Notes: generated by a model not told the origin, from the sequence alone. A stretch of DNA of 64,000 nucleotides from Raja brachyura (GCA_963514005.1 OY740781.1:56978001-57042000); one strand, 5' to 3'; shown: positions 49,481-63,345, numbered from the stretch's first letter. A program made the numbers and translations.

Positions 49481-52282
49481 AGTGTATCTGAGTATAAAAA
49501 CAAGCTCAGCAATGAAGAGGCATAAATTTGGTGGATTCACTCAAACGATGGAGAGGAATTTGTTGTTTTGAAGCTATTTATTTTCATTCTGATTTTTGTG
49601 CTGTGGTTAAACTGGATTTGAATCTATTAACACAAAGACACATGCATTTACCTTTATAAAAGTGAAATAATTTGATCCAAAATAGCCAACAGAAGACAAA
49701 CACTACGGACAACTAACTATGTGAGTTACGGAAACTTTCCAATTAATCTTAATAAACTTGTTTATATTTCAGTAATTTATAAACCTATTTATATTTCCAT
49801 AAGTATAACAATGGGAAAAAAATTGGTGATTAAAAGGGCTAAAAGAATCAGTTTTCGAAATCATAGGTAACAATGTGTCGTCTGAGGTCAGGATTGAACC
49901 TGGATCGTTGTAGCTGCGAGGCAGGATTTCCGCTACTCCATCACAGAGCTGCCCAATTATCATTGCATATATCCAACATCCTTATCTTTTGGCATTTGCA
50001 GACTGTAGGCAAGCTTTTATAACCTGCTAGTTCCCATACAGAAATTTAACGAGTGAGATGATGTGACTAAGCCCAGGCATCATTACCACACCTTTGTCAT
50101 TATCATCTAATGTTTATACACCATTTTTCAGCAATTAGGTCAAGAAAATTTCCATAATTTAAAAAAATAACAAGTGAATTAAAGGCAATGTAATCTTCTT
50201 TGAACAACTCATGGAATCAGAATCAGGCCCAAAATCTATTGTAATTTGAAGCAAAAGACCCATCTTTCCAGTGGATGCCATGTGCTTGATTTTGAATGTT
50301 AAAGTTAGAAAAGAGTAAGAAATATGCTGTGTAGCTGGATAGCTAAGGTATAGGTTTTGACCTCAAGCCAACTGGTCATCATTCTTCTCTGCAATAAAGG
50401 AAATTGGGGAATCCTTTGGGAATGTATTATTTTCAGAAATCTCAGATTACAATGAAACATATGCGTTTGAAAGGTATTAAGACACCTGCTCTATTAGGCC
50501 ACAGAGTCCATTTTCAATGTTGTATCTAGTTACAAAACAGGGGTAAGGCACTCTTTGTGTTTGTCTGTGGGATAGAAATTGTGTGCTTGTGAGGACATCA
50601 AGGCCTCTATGTATAAGGAAGGAGATTAAGCCATCAGGTCCTAAACTATTGCTAATTAGCAATTTGTGAAAAATTGGTTGAATTATAGACAGAAATTTAC
50701 AAGACCCGAGACATTTGAGGACATTTATGGTTCATGGTAAGGTGGTACCTACAAATGATTAAATGTATTGCCCCACTGTCTGTTTCACAATGTGATTTGG
50801 TCATTATGATCACCTTACTGATCTTACCATCTGATTTTACTTACACATGGTATAAGAAAACATTTTATGGCCCAGTATGGTAGATTTTCAATTTCCTGCT
50901 CAGATAGTTTTGTCCTCATCTCAAACAACTGAAACGGTTTATGATCAATACTCTTGTCAGTTGAAATGTCTTTTTTTTTTAATGCATTTGCAGATTTAGC
51001 ATTTTCTGTCCCCATGTAATCAGGTGCTTTCAAAATGGACACCTTTATAGCTACACTAGGCCATTGAACTTTCTGACAAGGTGTTTTACAGTTTTTATGA
51101 AGCAGGGTGAGCAGCTAGAGCTGAGGCAGCTGCTTCCTGCCACACATGTGCATTATGTTACTTCTCTCAAGTCATCTACCTTAAACTCAAGAAAGAGATA
51201 GGATCAAGGCTTTAAACCCAACAGTATAATTAAATTTGACCTTACACTCACCAAGTTCAGACTGCAAGCTAGTTACTATGAATGGCTACTACTTTCACCT
51301 CACTCTCCATTGCAACAGTGTACTAGATAAATGAAGGGCGTGCACTGTCAAAATGAAGGGCAGATGAGGTAATGTTTGGTGGGAGCAAAATTTGGTGGAT
51401 TTAATGGGGAGTAGGGAATAAGATAGATTACATTGCCCTTAATTACCTTCATATATTACTACATAGTCACAATTGTATCCTCCCTTCATATTTCTGGACA
51501 GAAAAATAATGCAATAAAACCTATCCAAGCACATGGTTGGATCAAGACTGGCAATGATTCATTAGACTTGTATGAAGCACTCACCGTGATGGTGCTACTA
51601 ATTGACATCCGTATTTTGTGCTTCATATCATGACAGAACAGTTTGTGGTTTTGCAGAAATAATTTATTTATTTTTTGTTCTGATCCTCTATGTGTGTATG
51701 TGTTTTTTACCTCATCTGGCAATGGCCATGTCTGCAGAATGACAGATACTGATGGGACCCTAATTTCTGCGAAGCATAGCTGTCACTAGCATTTCTAATT
51801 ACAACCATAAGTTCAAGTAATGCATATAGCAGGTCGTGGGCTATGCTATATAAAATCTACACCTCTCCTTCACTTCAAAAATCTAAAAGAAACATATGCT
51901 TTGGCTGAAACATATGGCCCAGCTTTTAATTTTTCTGTTTCCTGCTGGGTGCTCATAAGGCCAAATTGAACTTGGCTTGCGACCTCTCAAGACCACTTGC
52001 AAAACTAATTATTTAGTTCGGAACCTAGGAGGAGAGAAAGAGATCCCACTGAGCTCATGAGAAAGGACATAGCTGATCTTACTGAGGCCTCACAGTCTGT
52101 GAGTGACTCTTACTGGGATTCTCAGGGAGTGACACTCTGGGGTGACCGAGGTTATGGGGAAACGGCAGGGGAATGGGATTAGGAAGGAGGGAGACATAGA
52201 TCAGCCATGATTGGATGGCAGAGTAGACTTGAAGGGCTGAATGGCCTAATTCTACTCCTATCATGATCCAGCCTCTGAGATG

Positions 52283-53326
52283 TAGAAATATTACAACATT
52301 TTGAGATTTAAAAAATCAAGTCTGCAATTTATCCAATCAGATAAAGCATAAAAAGAAGTTTAATTTGACACCTAATTCACTTTCATATCTTCAGTATTAA
52401 AAATGTTATGCCCATTTCCATACTCGGAAATTAACATCTTGTTCCCTATTGCTTTTCCATTGCCTTGACACAAAAGCTGTGATCAAGAACAGTAAAAAGC
52501 CCATAACTTTCTTAAAAATTAAGAGAACTGAATGAAATTTTCAGTTATTATAGATTGAAGCATTCTGAAAGAAATATGAAACAATCTTACTTGGATGACC
52601 TGAAATTAAAGCATATAATTAGTTAGTTTCCTAATTGTAGCTAATTACAAAATTAAATTACTAGATCTAAACATCTGTCCATTTCTTAAGAAAAGGTTAA
52701 CATTTTTAAATAGCCTAAGTGTCCAAATAACATTCACACAAGAATTCACAAATATAACATGATTTTTAAATCTCATTGTCATGAATTTATAGGCCAAATG
52801 GAAGGAATTGAATGTTTAATTCCTGTAAATTAATGGCCATTTAAATCATCTTGCTTCTGGAACGCGATCAATTGGAATGTTGCGGTTGCGGTGAATTTGA
52901 ACCCCATATCGGCAGGAAAAGCACTGCCGGTTTGTATGGGGCCATGATCACATTTTCGCCACGGAAATTTTGATTAAAGTCATCCTAAGAAGCAAGTTTA
53001 TATGTAAAATAAACAACTTACCCCGTGTTTTGTCCCCTATGTGAGATCTGTCCCATTGTAGACGTTGACGGCATTAGAAGTAGCTTTTTTATTTTACTCC
53101 AGCATTTAAATTGTCCCGCGATTTTTTTTTTAAATTTCCGAGAACGGGAGGCGGATCGATTTTTCAGCATCAGCTGGCAGCCTGAGGAAATCCATCTCGA
53201 ACAGGCAGGAGAAAACGGCATTTTAATCCCGCCCCCTCCCCCCCCCCCCTCAAAGGCGCCAATGTCGCGAACACGGCCAGTGGCAGAACTGCAGCGCCAC
53301 TGAAGGTAAGTATTGTAACATCACTA
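52283..53326 (-). mobile_element. Non-autonomous DNA transposon, same family, 7-bp TSD
   Basis: TIRs tagaaatattacaa / ttgtaacatcacta; TSD tgagatg 52276-52282 / 53327-53333; reverse complement aligns with 47294-48333. Confidence 0.9.
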
Positions 53327-53757
53327 TGAGATGTGGGTAGCTCACTGGGTGACCCAGCTGTATATCGGTAGAATGGAATTGAGGGCATAAATACCATGCG
53401 CTTATAGGTGCTAAGAATGTGTGTGCCCACTGGCCTCCTTGTCTTAATCATCCCTCTCTGCCTGCCATGATTCAGCCATCTCTCCGCCCATACCCCACCG
53501 TGTTCTTTATCCGGACACTCCCAGCCCTCTGCGCTTCATTTGTCACCCACTTGTCATCCACTGATTATTAAAATCAGCCCATCCCTGACCTTGTGAAGTG
53601 CTCTGAGACCCTGACTTGGATCTTAGCTGCTGGTGGATTTCCGCTAGGAACAATCCTGGCGGGTTAATTTCCCGACTGCTGATTTAACTCTCAAAGGTCA
53701 ACTTCCCTGGTGCAACAGCTTTGGCCAATGTCCTTTTTTGCCTGTTCAAGATATAGT

Positions 53758-54316
53758 TGATTACGGCTGAATAATAAAGCTAATTTTAAAATTCTGGAAA
53801 AATGCTCCTATACCAATATTAAATATGTGGATTTCTACTATGTTTGAAACACTACATCTGGAAGATATGAGAGTCGGCCTGGCAGGAAAATCAGATCGTT
53901 TCTCTCAGACGTGGTCTGCATTCATAGAATTGCTACAAAGATAGGATGCAAGAATACCTCGGGTCTTGGTAGCGGGGGATGAAAAACTATAGAGTTGGTA
54001 GATTCCTTTTGCGTGATATGTATAATATAGTAACTGTTTTTTTTTCTTTTCTTTCTCTCTTGTTTTCTCTTTCTTTTTTCTTTTTTGTTTCTAGGGTCTA
54101 TCTTTTAATCCCCTTTCTCTAATTTTTTGACAAAGGGTTTTTTTTTCCCCTTTGGCATGCTCTTTCACTTTCACAACTCTTTTCACCTACTTTACTCTCT
54201 TTGTTTCTATTCTTTTTTCTTAAAAGCCATAAAATTATGGGTTCAATGATTGTAACAATATATATGTGATGTACACTGATGTATTTACCGCTATTAAATA
54301 AAACTATTTTTAAAAA
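53758..54316 (+). mobile_element. L1-clade 3' fragment with 65-bp flanking direct repeat
   Basis: KLILKFWKNAPIPILNMWISTMFETLHLEDMR, same family as 8962-9686; AATAAA + A tail; repeat 53693-53757 / 54317-54381. Confidence 0.8.
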
Positions 54317-54599
54317 AAAGGTCAACTTCCCTGGTGCAACAGCTTTGGCCAATGCCCCTTTTTGCCTGCTCAAGATATAGTGACATCATGAACAGGTAAG
54401 GTGCTTGTGCCCAAGAATTTGGATTTTACAAAATATGCGCTAGGCAAACCACTAAAGCCCAATTGTTTACCCAACAAAAACGTGTACAATTTTGCAAATG
54501 TACACTGCTGCACATATATTTCAGAGGAGACGCAACATTTAAAGGCTTACTCCCATGGCAGGCAGGCAATAATGTCTGTCATGAAGAAGACAGAGGATG

Positions 54600-55900
54600 C
54601 AGTAACATAGAAATATTAAAAAGAAGGGGAGGGGAATGTCATTCAGCCCTTTACGCTTGCACTACCATTCAATATGAGCATGTTGTTGTTTGTCCACTTT
54701 CTGTAATCTGATAATGGTTTCTCCGTGTGTCCTTTGATCTCTTCAGCCATTTGAACAGCATTTAACTCCTTCAAGAAGATATATATTGATTTGGCTGCAA
54801 TTGTGGACATTCACCGCTCTGCGTGAAAAGATTGCTCTGTCCTAATCCATACCTGAAGCTGTGACCCTTCGTTTTGACTTCCCAACCAATGGGAACATCC
54901 GTCATTCATCCAATATGTCTAATCTGATCAGGATTTTAATATGTTTTAATGTGACCCTCTTGCATTCTTCTAAACTCTTGGGAATATGATCAATCATCGC
55001 AATCTCTCATCAGAAGTCAAATCGACTATCCCAGGAATCAGTCTGGTAAATCTTGCCATAGCAAGAATTTTCTTCCTCACATAAGGAGATAAAAAATTCA
55101 TGCAGTATTCAAGGTGTGATCTCACCAAGATCCAATGTAATTGTCGTGATAGATCCCTGCTTGCAGTAAGAGTGATCCCTGATCTGAAGAAGGGAACTAA
55201 CCACCTGTCCATTCCCTCCCAGATGCTCCCTGATCCACTGAGTTTCTCAAGTACCTTGTGCTTTATGCAAGCGATCCCTGCTATTGTACTCAATTCCCCC
55301 ATGCTCTGAAGTGCAAGGAAACAGGAAGGCAGGTTATAACCTGAATGGCAACAAATTAGAAAACAATCTCCTTTCCTCATTTGTTGCATTCAAATAATAA
55401 CTTGCCTTCTTGTTTTTGCCACCAAGCATTTATCAACATGATATACTGCACCTACATTAAGCAGTGCATTTGCCTATTTATTCAACATGTTCAAATCCAC
55501 TGAAACCGCTCTGCATTGTCCTCACAGCCCATGTTCCCACCCAGCTTTGTGTAATCAGAGAATGTGCAGATACTGTAATATTTTTAATTCCCTCATCTAA
55601 CTCTTCATAGGTTTGTAGGTTGATTGCCTTTTGTAAATTGCCCCTTGGGTGTAGGGAGTGGTCGAGAAAGTGGGATTGCATAGAACTAGTGTGAATGGGT
55701 GATTGATGGTCTACTTCGGCTCAGTGGGCTGAAGGGCCAGTTACCAAACTGTATCTCTCTAAACTCTAAACTCATTAATATATATTGTGAATTGCTGGGG
55801 TCCAAGCACAAAACCTGTTGGTAACCACCAGACATTGCTTTCCACTTGGAAAGGGACCAGTGGTCCCATTCTTTGTTTCCTGTGGCACAGATTTTATTTC
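54600..55900 (-). mobile_element. Old CR1 remnant with embedded Penelope-end (55180-55270) and HE1-like SINE 3' part (55608-55772)
   Basis: Minus LVRSHLEYCMNFLSPY..RFTRLIPG; SINE tail ctctaaactctaaac. Confidence 0.7.
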
Positions 55901-56039
55901 TTCTGTAGGGTCAGAGACTCTGCCCAACTTATACACACACCCCTTATTTGAGAGCAGAGTCCTGCTGAGATAATTCAGAGAGATGACTCTGGAGAGTGGG
56001 GTGAATACCACTGGGACCAGGCACCTATGATTTGGGTAA

Positions 56040-56600
56040 TAAAAATGACCGCAGATGCTGGTTGATAGCAAAGATAGACAAAAATGCTGGAGTAACTCTG
56101 GAGAAAATGGATAGGTGACGTTTTGGGTTGGGACCTTTCTTCAAACTGATTATAGGTGTGGGAGAGGGTGAGGGGGGGAGGGAGGGAACTGGAAGCAAGA
56201 AAAGACTAAGACAAATCAGGGCTGGCAACAGATAACCTCAGGCAGGGTGGTTCCCTGACAGCTCGGTTGTTGGCTAGGGACAGTGTGCTCCCAGGAGCGA
56301 TACATTGTTGCAAACTGTGGAACTGGTTAACCAGCTTTTAATGGGGGTAGGGGGCATGGACCGGAGGGGGGTGGGTAGTGTTTGTATAAGTTATCTAAAA
56401 TTTGAGAATGAAACTTCATACCACTGGGTTGTAAGCTACCCACGGGAAATATGAGGTGCTGTTCCTCAGATTTGCATGTCGCCTCACTCTGGCAATGGAG
56501 GAGATCCAGGGCAGAAGGGTTAGTGTGGGAATGGGAAGGGGTGTGAAAATTGTTAGCAACTGGAAGATCCAGTAGGCCTTGGTGGACTGAGCATAAGTAT
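56040..56600 (-). mobile_element. Penelope 3' fragment
   Basis: Reverse complement resembles 33300-33770 (tgaggaacagcacctcatattt..ctgggtagcttacaaccc; gaagaaaggtcccaacccaaaacgtcacc). Confidence 0.75.
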
Positions 56601-57677
56601 TTGAACTCCTATCTGCCTCATTTGTGACCCTCACACTATCTTTGTTCAGACTTTACTTGCTTACGTAACTCCCTTATCATGTATCCATACATTATAACTG
56701 GTTCGATGGTAATCATGTATTGTCTTTCCATTGACTGGTTGGCACACAATAAAAGCTTTTCACTGTACCTCGGTGAATGGCACGTGATAATAATAAACTA
56801 AATTGAACTGAAACAAATGAATTTGGAATGTGTTTGAGAAGACTGCGGTCAATTCTGAAGCTGTAATCAAATTTCTGATGTCAAAAGCCTGTCCCATTAA
56901 ATAGAGAAATAAGCAAAAATTACAATGCACCACTACATATTCTGTGAAGTAAATACAGGAACTGTGGTCCAAAGATTATAACAGTAGGGTATTCCTTGCC
57001 TTTGTGTGAAGGCTCTTGTAAGGCATTCATTGCTATAATTGGACGGCAAAAAGCTTTCTTGTTGTATAATGTGACTACCAGGGGGGCAGGTGGCAAACTC
57101 GATAGGCATTAGGGTCTTTTCATCTACCAGGTGCCATGTTATTCATACTCTGCTTAGGTAAACCATGTCTCAGATGCAAATATTTTGCCAAATATAAATC
57201 ATATGATTAAACTACAGAGCGAATGCAATCCATACATGCACATGCTTCAGGCTTCAACTATGATTCTATTGATGTCTTATGGCTTTATGAAATTCATACA
57301 TACTAATATTGTCACACAATAATTAGCAACACTGACAATGTGGTACTAAATGCAAATGTTACTTTACGCCTTTAGTCATATTCATACAAAACTGAGGTAA
57401 TCAATATGTCTGAAACTTACAGTATAATCAGGGGTTCAACAGTTTATTTGCTACTCAGAATAATTGGCTAAGTTTCTTCAACTATTATATGAGCATATTT
57501 ATGGATCACTGGTTTTGTGGATCATATTTCTATTTTGCTTGAGAATTGTTACAGTTAGGGAGTGCAAAGAAAACAGAATGATAAGCACCTGGAGTTAATC
57601 TGTGAGAAATGTCAATGTACATGAGGGTTTTTAGTATTAGCAATACAAAAAGCACTTAATTTGGGACATATTTTCAC

Positions 57678-58399
57678 CGGGTAGCGCGTCGATGGCAGCC
57701 TCGCCTAGTCTGTCCTTTTTGTCCTTTTTTTGTTATTTTTAGTGTTTAAAAAAGTATGTGTTAATATTCTCTGGTTTGTTTTATATGGGGGGTGGGGGGG
57801 TTGGGGGAGATGCGATTGTTTTCCGGATCGTATCTTTGGTCGCTCTATGGCCTAATATCAGGAGTTGGAGGCCTTGCTCGGGATTGATTTTGAGCCCCAT
57901 CTCTGGGCGTGGACTTACCATCGGAGCCTCTGATCCCTTGCCTGGGATTGACACTCCAACTGCGACCTGTGGACTTTAGCATCAAGGAGCCTGCAGTCTC
58001 GGGTTGAGACCGATGTCGGGAAGCTCCAAAAGCCACATGACATTCGACTAGCCCAGACCCAGGGTCAGATTGCCTGATGCGTTGGAGCTGAGATTCCCAC
58101 CCGATGCTGGAGCTTGATCATCCCGACAAGTAGTCCCGCCACTGGCTAAGGGAGTAAGATCATCCCGTCAACAGAAAGTTAGAGGCCCCCGACCGCTGAA
58201 GGACAAAGAAGGGAGAGATTGAACTTTTTTTTGCCTTTCATCACAGTGAGGAATGTGGAGGAGTCACTGTGGTGGGTGTTTATGTTAAAATGTATTTTAT
58301 GTGCTCTGTTGCTTTTTTTTGCTATGATTATATGGCAAATCAAATTCCTCGTATGTTGCAAAACATACTTGGCGAATAAAGTATGATTGTGATTATGAT
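57678..58399 (+). mobile_element. Non-autonomous GC-rich retroposon (near full-length)
   Basis: Matches 9687-10330 in reverse; ends aataaa + (tatgat)-like tail. Confidence 0.75.
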
Positions 58400-59474
58400 T
58401 TTACAAAATTAGCAAAGAAATATTCTGATTCAATACATAGAAATCATTGTTTTTTTAATATAACATTTATTGGTAATACTCATAACAAGGCAAGGATGAT
58501 TAAAAAATAAACCTAATTATATATTATATGGTGATGTGCAGTAGCTGCTTAGTAACTTATTCAAAAATGTTTCAGAGATAGAAAGAAAAAAATGTCCAGG
58601 CCTTCTTCCTTTCCAAAGATATCAAGTTCCCCGCTATCATTGGTAATGTAAGTTAATAGCTACTCCCTCCCAACCCTCAGGTTGAACAACACAAGTACAG
58701 AAGAGAAGTAAGGTGAAATGAGATGACTGAAGATGCTGGGAGATTTTTAAATCCATGGCGATCAAAGGTAAGCAGTCTTCAGGAAACAAAGAGACCACAT
58801 GAAAAGTCCGCACTGCCTTGTGATTCGTTGTGAATGCAAGCACAAAACTCTTCTCCCGACCTCTTACATAATTTCTGAAGCTACAGCCTGGGAAAGCAGA
58901 CTCACTTCACAGCATTTGTACTGGGTGCTTAATTCCAAAACTTTGATGTGGTTTTTAAACTGTCAACAATTTTCCCCCTTTCTCCCTTCTTGGTCAATCG
59001 CACTCGGAACTGAAAAATACATAATGCAATTGTATTGTGACATGGGTCCAAATACCTTTGAGATGAAACACAAAGATTTCCTATTTACCTCTGCGGTCCC
59101 GTTTAGCAGTGAGCAGTGACCAAAGTGCCTCATTTCGATCAATGGTTCAGCAACTTCATTGTTCCTCTTTTCATATGATTCTTCCACTCAACAAAACTGA
59201 CTCGGATTTTGTTACTACTTTGAAGAACAAATGAAGGTGAACTTTAAAAGAAGCTCTACAGCCACCTGTTTGTGGTTAGATGGGAAAAAGGACATTTCCT
59301 AAAGGCAAGATACAATTCGATCAAAAATAAATTAATTTACAAATATATATGAATCAAAAAATGATACGAAAATGTTTGTTAATTGCAATGTTAACTGTTT
59401 GAAGAGGTAGAATTTTTGGAGAAATAGTTTGACATTATTTTGTTGTCTCTATGAGATCTCACATCTAACATGTC

Positions 59475-59760
59475 ACAACAATCTGGATTTGCATAGCACT
59501 TTTATTGTGGTAAAGCAAGGTACTCAACGGAAGCATTACCAGTCCAAATCTGCCACTATTTAAAAGCAGAATAAATTAACATTACTTAAACAGGTCGGCT
59601 TTAACAAAACATCCTAAAAGGAAAACAGGAGATAGTGATGCTTAGAGGAAGAATTCTGGAGTGCAGAGCAAAGGCACCACAGGCAGCACTGCCAATGGTG
59701 TAGAGATTGCAATCAGCGACTCTCAAGAGGCCAGATTTGAAGGAATGCAAGTTGCCCAGA
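59475..59760 (-). mobile_element. Ancient L2-like 3' fragment
   Basis: acaacaatctggatttgcatagcactttt resembles the reverse complement of L2 3' ends; very degenerate. Confidence 0.45.
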
Positions 59761-60629
59761 AAGTCACATGCACCCTAGATTGAGTGGGAATGGGGTTGAT
59801 GTGGTATAATGACAACCATGTTGGTTATAATTTCACCGCATCAAATATAATTTGTGGCTGAGGCCTGAAGCACTTATCAGAAGTGGGAGGTAGCCTGGCA
59901 TTGCTTTTAGAATTGTACATCACAGGAACAGGCCCTTCAGCTCACAATGAGGAGGAGTGGAGGAGGAATCTAGAAGGTTCTTGATGTGGGGCAGGAATAA
60001 TATAGAAGTAATATGGATTGGTGATCAATGATTAGTGTGGAATTGACGTGCTGAAGGACCTGTCTCGATGCTATATCTCTAAATTTGAAAGTCTATAAAT
60101 ACAAAATCTGGTTGCTCAATTCTTCTGATTTGACATTATCAGCTGAGTTAATGTCAGCATCTTGGTATTTACCTTTCCTTGACCGCTTACAAAATAAACA
60201 TCTGAGTGCAGAAAGCAGGAAGGCAATAATGCAGCAGAAAGCAGAGGAATTTCAAACCTTCAGAAAAACTAATATTATTTTAACCAATTGGTTACTAGCG
60301 CTAATGGAAACTAATCTTTTTCAAAATAGACAGAGTGATGATAACTTATAGTGACTAACACTGAAAAAAAGAGCGAATAGAGACAAATATTTTTTTTAAT
60401 GCTTCATGATGGTGAATAAAATGCAAATTTCATAATTTTACATGTTGGCCTCATAAGATACAAGGACCTGATTAGGGCAAGATTCCACATTTCCCAGCCC
60501 CAGGTTTTATCAATAAAAATACAAATACAGTGTGGGAACATGGAGGTAGAATAACTGCCAAGACGTAGATTGATAGAGCTGCCTAAATGGTCAAGTGGGC
60601 ACACCAGCTCCTAATTCTTATGTACATAA

Positions 60630-62990
60630 CACAGCAGTGCAGGACATTGGTGAGATTGCAGTGCAGTTTTAGTTGCCGTGCTATTAGAAGGATGGCAAAT
60701 AGATTCACAAGGATGTTGCTGAGGCTGGAGGGCTTTGGTTATAAGATGAAATCAGATAGGTTGGGACAGTTTTCCCTGGAGCAAAGGAGCTGAGGGGTGA
60801 CCTTAAAAAGGGTTATAAAATCATGAAGAGCATAGATAAGGTGGGTGGTTGCAGTCTACTTCCCAAGATTGGGAAATCTAAGACTAGAGGGCATAGGTTT
60901 AAGGTAAGAGGGGAAAGATTTCAAGGAGAGCTGAGTGGCAGGTTTTTCATAACTTTCAGGGGAAGTAGTAGAGTTGGTTCTAATGACAATGCTTAATATA
61001 ATTTGGATAGGTACTGTACATGGATAAGAAAGGCTTTGAGGGATTTGGGCAAATTGGACATTCAGATATGCACCTTCGTCAGCATGGATCAGTTGCACCG
61101 AAGGGCCTGTTTCCGTGTGTAACTTTATGACTCCATGACTCAAACACCAGTGGCACCGTTTTTTCTTATGAGGACCACCAGACAAACAATCTGAATCACT
61201 TCTGAGGACGGACGCCTGCACTCGCAAAATAAGTCACCTAAGTGGGACAGGCCCTTTAAGTTGTTAGTCTTAAGAATGGTCTCCACCCGGAACATCGTCT
61301 ATCCTCCATGTTTTCCGGAGATGATGCCTGTCCTGCTGAGTTATTCCAGCACTTTGCCATATAACTTGCAGGTCTTTAGGATGTGGAAGGAGGATAAAGT
61401 AAAACAAATCCAAAAAGATTCTCAAAGTACAGATGGCTGATAGTAAGATATAGGAGACTCCAAAGAAATTTTACATGTATATCAAGGGTCAAGAATAGTT
61501 AAGCATCATATGCACTGGAATGAAACAATGAACTTCTTACTTGCTGCAGCTGTTACAGGTGCATCAATGCAATACCACAACAAATAAATGTACAACATAC
61601 AATAATTCAACAAATCATCAGGTACAATAAATATTCAGATGATAATACTGCAAGATATCATACAATCATTATACAAATTCTGTAGCAGTTCTCTGCTGAG
61701 GTAGGGCTATGGTTAGGTTTGTATAATGTGGCTCAAGAGCCTGATAGTTCATGTCATTAGTGATAGGAGTAGAATTAGGCAATTTGGCCCATCAAGTCTA
61801 CTCATAGTCATAGTCATACAGTGATACAGTGTGGAAAGAGGCCCATCGGCACAACTCGTCCACACCGGTCAACGATGTCCCAGCTACACTAGGCCCACTT
61901 GCCTGTGCTTGGTCCATTGGAGGGATATGGACCAACCTGTCCTATCAATGTACCTGTCTAACTGTTTCTTAATCTATGGGATAGTCCCAGCCTCAACTAC
62001 CTCCTCTGGCAGCTTGTTGCATATACCCACCACCTTTTGTGTGAAAAAGTTACCCCTCGGATTCCTATTAAATCTTTTCCCCTTCACCTTGAACCTATGC
62101 CCTCTGGTCCTCAATTCCCCTACTCTGGGCAAAACACTCTGTGCATACTACCCGATCTATTCCTCTCATGATTTTGTCTACCACTATAAGATCTCCCGTC
62201 ATCCTCCTGTGCTCCATAAAATAGAGACCCAGCCAACTCAATCTCTCCGCCATTCAATCATGGCTGATCCATCTCTCCCTCCTAACCCCATTCTCCTGCC
62301 TTCTTCCCGTAACCTCTGCCATCTGTAGTTGTTCGGAAATAACTGAAGTTGAATATGGAGGTTATGTTTCACAGGCACCTGAACCTCCAGGTGTGTTCAG
62401 GGTGGTGCAAGTGTTTGGTACAGATTTCCCTACAGATTTGTTCAGTAGTGGGGAGGTCAATGAATGATGGAGTGAGCAATATCGCCACATCTGCACCTCC
62501 TACCTTCTTAGGTTGTGAGTTACTGAACCATGATATAACCAGTCAGTATGCACTTTGAAGAGATGACCAAGAAGATTCAGGACAGTGGAATATATGTTGT
62601 CCACATGAATTTTGCAAAGGACTTCGACAAGGTATCACATGATAGGTTGGTCTTGGAGGTTAGATCACATGTGATTCAGGGCGAACTCGGTCACTGGATA
62701 CTAAATTGCCTTGCACATAGGAAACAGAGGGTGGTGGTAATGGAGACCAGTAATGAATGGTGTACTTTAGAGTTCATTGTTGTTCATTATACACATTAAC
62801 AATTTGGATGTGAATGTAGCTGGCAAGATATGTAGGTTTTGATAAGTTTACCTAAAGTTGAGGTACATTTGACAATGAAGAAGGTTATCTGTGAGAAAAA
62901 CAGGATCATGAGCAACTGGGCCAAAGGGCCGAGAAATGCCAGATGGAGTTTAATTCGGGTAAATGCAAGGTGTTACATTTATCTAAATTA
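60630..62990. mobile_element. Cluster of CR1 fragments (+ 60630-61140; - 61750-62325 nested pair; + 62550-62990) and a Penelope-end fragment (~61270-61357)
   Basis: RFTRMLLRLEG..RLGQFSLEQR; catagt tail at 61803; MNFAKDFDKVSHDRLV..RKQRVVV. Confidence 0.8.
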
Positions 62991-63142
62991 AGCTCCATTT
63001 AGCATTTCTCAGCCCTTTGGGGGTTGCATTTATCCAGAGCTCTCAAATTTAGGGAATAAACTGACTGACAGACCAGGCCTGAGAAATGGAAGAAAAAAAT
63101 CTGACACTGTAAACATTGCACCTTACACCTAACCATTTAGCT

Positions 63143-63345
63143 AGGGCAGCATAGTCGTGCAGTGCTAGAGTCACTACCTTACAGCGCCAAAGACCCAGGT
63201 TCTATCCTGATTAAGGGTGTTGTCTGTATGGAGTTTGGACATTCTCCCTGTGACCATGTGGGTTTTCTCAGGGTGCTCCGGTTTTGTCCCACACTCCAAA
63301 GATGTACAGGTTTGAGGTTAATTGGCTTTGGTAAAGTTGTAGATT
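63143..63345 (+). mobile_element. HE1-like SINE
   Basis: gggcagcatagtcgtgcag..ccaggttctatcctg, V-SINE-like core gtgaccatgtgggttttctc..ctccaaagatg. Confidence 0.8.
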
